Virus record (IMG/VR): IMGVR_UViG_3300020049_013434
Span: 30,451-94,450 of that record
Strand: one strand, 5' to 3'
From: a virus
Taxonomy: Duplodnaviria > Caudoviricetes
Length of the DNA stretch: 64,000 bases
The notes under the pieces were generated by a model that made no database searches, was not told the DNA's origin, and saw only the letters and a list, made by a program, of their open reading frames with translations. Below, piece by piece: positions 58,620 through 64,000 of the stretch (its first letter is position 1; each line of letters opens with the position of its first letter). Made by a program: the position numbers and the translations under genes.

Positions 58620-61032
58620 TATGGTAGGCAACTTTGTGGACTTCACGTTCAACGAGCGCGGCAACCTGGTCATTACCTTGCTGCCGGAAGGGCGCGAGGA
58701 GATTGAGGATAGGCGAAGTGTCGGCAATAGCGACCTCGATATCTTCTACAGTATCACCGAGTCTTACTGGACCAACGGCTGGAGCTTCGTTAGCGCAGAA
58801 GAGATTGGCGCCCTCATGGACGACCTGACAATCTTTCTGACCCAAGAGCGCATTGAGGACGACGACGGCAACCTGCTCTCTGTCGGTCCTGTTTACTACT
58901 ACCCGGAAGATCAGATTCGCTCCGAGGTAGACGCAATGATCAACGACGGTTTTGTTGTAATGAGAAAGGTAGACTGAGTATGAAAATTACCGAACATGCT
59001 GAATTCAGCGAGAGCACCGAGCCCATGATCAAGATCGAAGGCGAGTGGTATGTCGTCGACCGTGTCAATAGCTACGGCTATACAACGATTGACCTGGACG
59101 ACGGCACAGACTGGTACATTTTCGAGAGCAGTGAGGTTGCCGGCGAGGTCACCAAGGAGTACTGGCGCGACATGGCAGAGAGCGACCCCCGTGAGTTCAC
59201 CGCTATCGTTGGCGAGAAGACGCTGATCGCTTGGGGTCTCGGTCAACTGGCTGGGCCCGGCAATGTCCACGTTCGCAGCTTGCAAGACTGGATCGAACTA
59301 ACCGGCGACCACCCGGAGGAACAGTGGGCGAGCTACGACGGCACCGAGGTCGAGCCGGAAGAGTGCAATGAAGCGCTGGCGACCGAGCTTGGCTTCGACG
59401 ACATTGCCAACGTCGTGATTTATCGGCACAACTAACGAGTTTTGCAGGGAGTGGCGCTATTCCGTTGCTCCCTGCTATATCATGAGGAGGTAGACAGTGA
59501 CTGAAGCGGTAATGACAGCGGAGGATCATGCGACGGCTTGGCTGATTGGCGCCTTTGGCTACTATGTCGGCAGAGAGAGCTACAATGAATGCTGCGCCCA
59601 CGTCCGGCTACACACAGGCTGCTCAATCGAAGAGTCGCAACAGGCAGTCAGCCGCATGATCAAGAAGTGGGGCATGAGTCCGCACAAATTCATACCACCG
59701 TTCTGGCCCGTGTTTCGGAGCCACGAAATTTCCGTTGGTGATATTGTCCACGGCGGGCGCACGGTCGTCGACGAGCATGTACCAATGAGCGGAAGGGTGA
59801 CTCTGGTTGAGAAGTGGTACACCAGCGGAGAGCCACAGTATAGCGTCTATATCTGGACAAGCTTCGAGGGCGCTGAGTTCGAGGAGGAAATTGCCCTCAG
59901 CAGTATCTACCAGGTTGACAAGGTGAATGTTGGTGTCGACAAAGGATCTGGCGAAAGTTATACGCCGTGCCACTACTGCGGCATGCCAGCTAAGGGCATT
60001 GGACCGCTTGGTGAGCCAGCTTGTAAAGAATGTGGAGGGTGACATGACAGTTCGAGACCTGATCGAAAGATTGCAACTCGTGGAAGACAAGGACCGGATC
60101 GTTATTCTACAGAAGGACAGCGAAGGCAACGGCTTCTCTCCGCTAGAGGGCGCCGACGAGAATGCCGTGTGGCAGCCGTATAATGCATATAGCGGCGAGG
60201 TGAAGCTACAGTACTTAATCGCAGGCTTCGACGAGGAAGACGTTGGCGACGGTGAGTCGTGCCTTGTGTTGTATCCAGTTAACTAGGAGGTTGACGTGAC
60301 AGGAGAAATTAGAACGGCGCTGATTGAGATTGGGGAGTTCTCTGGGCAGGTAGCAGACTCCTTCTATGAGCGAATTAACGACGACCGCATTGTCGTGTCT
60401 ATCGAGGGGGTTGTCGCACTTGGTGGCGCACTATTCATGGCTATTCAGGACGTTGTTACCGGCGAAGAGTACTCAGTGCCGGTGCAGGACATGGACCCGC
60501 TGGAGGCTGACCGAATCGCCGGATACTTCCTGCGCTGGTTCAACGCCGAGGATCGTAGCGAGTTTTAGGAGGAACAATGAATCAGTTGAACATTTTTGGC
60601 ATCCGCCTATCGATTGATTGGGAAGAGGAGTACGTGCCGGGCAACGAGGAGCTGTGCAATATCGTCTGCGCCGTCAACGAAGCCATTTATCAGGCTGGAC
60701 TAAACGGTCAGCCTTCGATCATGCTGGATAGTGTAGACGAACTGTCGTGTGATATCACCTGGTTATCCGACGACGAGCAGGGCGAGGAAAAGTAGATTGC
60801 AGTTTTCGACAGTGCGTGGTGGCTAGTGAGAGGGTCGCCACACACTATTATAGGAACAGCCCGTAAAACCCCACCCAGAGGGTACCCGCTTTAGCCTTGG
60901 GATATAAGGACTTACCGGTGTACTCACCCGGCTGAACGGTAGTGAAGTGAGCTTCGGGTGCCCTTTGGGAGCGATACAGTTTCAAGCCTGTATGGATTTG
61001 TAATATTGTCTGATATATTGTATAATTCATAC

Positions 61033-61203
61033 ATGGCAAACGAAAACACAACCATACGCGTATGGGTAAAAACACTGAGGAACCTTCGCCTAATCTACGC
61101 GTTGACAGGCGAAAGCATGGCGTCAATCCTAGATCGCATTGTCCTGCAAGAGTTAAAGCGTGTTCAGCAAGAGCAATCAACCGATGATCAGAGAAGCCTT
61201 TAA
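61033..61203 (+). CDS. Small ribbon-helix-helix-like protein upstream of tnpB
   Basis: TTIRVWVKTLRNLRLIYALTGESMASILDRIV; overlaps the tnpB start. Confidence 0.6.
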   Translation: MANENTTIRVWVKTLRNLRLIYALTGESMASILDRIVLQELKRVQQEQSTDDQRSL

Positions 61204-62290
61204 GTTTCGGGTCTACCCTGATAGTGAGCAGAAAGACAAACTCGCGATGCAGTTTGGGTGTAGCCGCTTCGTCTACAATCATTACCGGCATGTGCGAGAA
61301 GAATACTACCAGGAAACCGGAACGGGCTTGACCTACAACGATTGCGCCGCTGACTTGACCGAACGATTGAAGGTCGATCATCCCTGGCTGAAAGACGCTG
61401 CCGCGCAAGTTCTACAACAATCCTTGATGGATCTCGACAAGGCATACAGGAATTTCTTTGAAGGTCGTGCCGACTATCCACGGTTTAAGCGCAAGCACGG
61501 CAAGCAGTCTGTTCGCTTTCCGCAAAGCTTTAAGGTCAAAGGCAAGCAAGTCTACTTGCCCAAAGTAGGATGGGTCAAGGCCGTTTTCCATCGCAAGATT
61601 GAAGGCAAGATGAAAAATGCAACCGTGTCGAAAACCAAGACTGGTAAATATTTCGTCTCCATTCAATGCGAAGTCGAACATGTCACACCTGAGCAGGTCC
61701 CTGACAAAGTCGGGATTGACTTGGGACTGACCACCTTTGCCACGTTCAGCACTGGCGAAAAGGTTGAAAAGCCCAAGCACTTCAAGGTCAGTGAACGGCG
61801 CTTGAAGATCCGCCAACGCCGTCTTTCCCGCAAAGTCAAGGGCAGTAACGGCCGGGGAAAAGATCGTCATGCTGTAGCCGCCATCCATGAGAAGATCGCC
61901 AACCAACGCAAGGACTTTCACCACAAACTGAGCCGCGCCCTGGTTGATCACTTCGGCGTGATCGCCTTTGAGAGTCTCAACGTCAATGGCATGTTGAAAA
62001 ATCACAACTTGGCTAAAGCCATTGCTGATGCCGGTTGGAACCAGTTCGTCAACTTTGTCGAATACAAAGCGGCTTGGATGGGTGCGGAAGTCTTGCGGGT
62101 GGATCGCTTCTTCCCTTCTTCCAAACTCTGCTCTGATTGCGGTACGAAACATAAGTCTTTAACCTTGAATATTCGACAATGGGTCTGTACTAATTGCGGT
62201 GTCATCCATGATCGGGATGAAAACGCCGCCATCAATCTTTTGAAAAAACTACCCGCGGAGCGCGGGAAAGTAACGCGGTGGGAGATATGA
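61184..62290 (+). CDS. tnpB: TnpB RNA-guided endonuclease
   Basis: N-terminal AFKFRVYP HTH; RuvC GIDLG / IAFESL / DRDENAA intact; CSDC-CTNC zinc finger. Confidence 0.95.
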   Translation: MIREAFKFRVYPDSEQKDKLAMQFGCSRFVYNHYRHVREEYYQETGTGLTYNDCAADLTERLKVDHPWLKDAAAQVLQQSLMDLDKAYRNFFEGRADYPRFKRKHGKQSVRFPQSFKVKGKQVYLPKVGWVKAVFHRKIEGKMKNATVSKTKTGKYFVSIQCEVEHVTPEQVPDKVGIDLGLTTFATFSTGEKVEKPKHFKVSERRLKIRQRRLSRKVKGSNGRGKDRHAVAAIHEKIANQRKDFHHKLSRALVDHFGVIAFESLNVNGMLKNHNLAKAIADAGWNQFVNFVEYKAAWMGAEVLRVDRFFPSSKLCSDCGTKHKSLTLNIRQWVCTNCGVIHDRDENAAINLLKKLPAERGKVTRWEI

Positions 62291-62393
62291 GCAGCGCAGT
62301 TAGGCACTCAGCCCCCGAAAAGTTCCAAGCTACCGTCTTGGAAGCCCAAGCTCATTAGTCTTGGGTAGTTCACATATAGTGAAAGGAATACTA
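62240..62393 (+). ncRNA. omegaRNA/reRNA scaffold and guide
   Basis: Hairpins overlapping the tnpB 3' end through the right end TTCAC; flank ATATAGTGAAAGGAATACTA would be the guide. Confidence 0.65.
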
Positions 62394-63945
62394 CATGAAA
62401 GAGTTGCGAATTGGCTACTTCAAGATCGCCATTGACTGGCACGAAGACCGCGAGCCAACCGAAGAGGAAGTCCTCGATATCGTCACCGCCGCCAACAGTG
62501 CTATGTTCAAGTGCAACGGCTCTCCGTTGCTAACCTACGAGTCGCACGATAGCCTTCAGGTGGAAATTGTAGACGAGTACGAGGACGGTGAATTATGAAA
62601 GTCTTTGAGCTAACCGAAGGCGCCGACCTGCACCTGGTCCCTGGCGTTGTAGACGTGAGCAATCTGTACGAATGGATTTGGGAAGATATTTTCAACCACG
62701 GTGTCAACCAAACAGAGGAAAGAATTGCCCACGACTTTGAGGAGGCTCACGGGCACCCACCCACCGAGGAGGACTGGGAACTGTTTTATGTGGACGAGCC
62801 AACCTATTTGATCGGCGGCTGGCAGCGCAAGGATATTGACGACCCCTACTCTTATGCGCCTTGTCCTGGTGAACATGGCTTCTCAGCCATTGTTCAGTGG
62901 CTCGGCGGCGCGCCCATTGTCACCGTGGTCGCCAGCAAATACTACACGACCGTGCGCTCCATGTGCAGCCCGTGTTGCCCTGGTCAAGCAGACTTGGATA
63001 GTGGATACCATGAGGGCGGCTATGCCTGTTATAGCCTGCCCAGCGAGTTCTACCGAGAGGAGAAATGATATGAACTTCGAGGAACGTATCGAGGAGCTGA
63101 TCGATCGGCTACAGGCTCTCGTGGCTGAAATCGACGGACCAGTACAGGGAGACCTAAGCAACGACGAGTTCTGGCTGTTCGAGGCTGAGTATATCAAGGC
63201 GGACCAAGCCCTGGAAGAAATGAAGGGCATGTTGCGTAAAGCGAGATTGCGCCGAGAGGAGAAATAACATGGGAAACAAAATGACTTGGCTCAAGGTGAG
63301 CGAGTATGTGCCGGAGGACGACTTCACCGTCGTGTACTGCAACAAGTGGACCGGTTACTTCTGCGCACGCATTTCCGTAGAGGACGGTGAGATTTCCGTT
63401 CGCGACATGGAGGACAAGTGGGTCGATCCTCCCGGTGAGGGCGACATGTGGACAATCATCGTGGGTCCACGGAACGACGATGGGATCGAACTCGATCCGC
63501 TAGAGTTCGCCATCACTCCACAGAAGGCGATTCGTCGTTGGAAAGAAGAGGAAGGGGAAGGGTTATGAATTGGGAAGAACGAGTGGAAGCAATGATCGAC
63601 CGTTTGGCGTCGCTCATGATTGAACTGGAGGACGCCGGTGACGACTATGTTACGCCGGACGAGTTCGCGCTAATTGAGGAGCAGTACATTATTGCCGACA
63701 TGGCTATGGGGAAAATACAGAGCCTGCTGCGCGAGTCGAGAATGCGCCTGGAAGAACGGGAGTGCTGACGCGACGATTAACTGACAGCAAATCGCAAGCG
63801 GCGCTAGGCTACAGACACTCCCTGATCATTCTGGTAAGCTGCATGAACCATTCTATTCGACGACGCGTCTGCGTTTGGCACCGTCGCTGTGTGCATAACA
63901 TTAACCCTCTCTGAACCGTCGCACCCCGCCATTCAACGTCAGGAC

Positions 63946-63983
63946 AAAGGCTAACCCAAGCAGGCAGGTTAGCCTTTCTTTTT
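63946..63983 (+). terminator. Intrinsic terminator
   Basis: AAAGGCTAACC-N10-GGTTAGCCTTT then CTTTTT. Confidence 0.75.
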
Positions 63984-64000
63984 ACCCACAGAACTATACT

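Larger units (their letters stand above)
60852..62373 (+). mobile_element. IS200/IS605-family element lacking tnpA (IS1341-like)
   Basis: Left end CCGTAAAACCCC...TTTAG...GGGATATAAGG after TTAT; right end GAAGCCCAAG..CTTGGGTAGTTCAC; contains tnpB. Confidence 0.8.
45420..63768 (+). other. Early/host-takeover array of small, mostly acidic hypothetical proteins
   Basis: About 45 tightly packed plus-strand ORFs with GAAAGGA/GGAGG RBSs and ATGA overlaps; D/E/Y/W-rich. Confidence 0.8.

Noticed and set aside
63770-63945. tmRNA-like or small-peptide element at the window end
   Set aside because: No tRNA-like ends or convincing tag; the short minus ORFs are unsupported

Overview
This window is part of a tailed dsDNA phage genome (siphovirus-like). 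The host is probably a Chloroflexota bacterium, inferred from several host-type surface proteins carrying the YLPxV/I motif. From 1 to ~22.5 kb is a minus-strand morphogenesis module: tape measure N-terminus, two paralogous tail chaperones, four tandem tail-tube/Asp-box-propeller paralogs, neck protein, GH108 endolysin and holin, fibre-like proteins, capsid, scaffold/protease, a LuxR-type regulator and an intein-containing portal. From 22.5 to 40 kb are mostly minus-strand accessory and middle genes: a degenerate resolvase, a membrane-anchored CHAT/caspase-like protease, CAP and Excalibur surface proteins, an MT-A70 methyltransferase with two nucleases, dcd, an intein-containing terminase and thyA. 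At ~39.9-41.5 kb transcription diverges across a low-complexity non-coding tract followed by a promoter-driven, highly structured ~520-620 nt RNA candidate. From 41.5 to 64 kb is a plus-strand early arm with an AAA_25 helicase, dozens of small acidic proteins and an IS200/IS605-family tnpB element. The best leads are an RNA-level regulatory layer (the large structured RNA, plus an sRNA upstream of terminase that is complementary to the portal ribosome-binding region), a LuxR-box late-promoter class, the four-paralog decorated tail tube, and the 4TM + CHAT protease operon. All calls are by eye; no database searches or folding programs were run.
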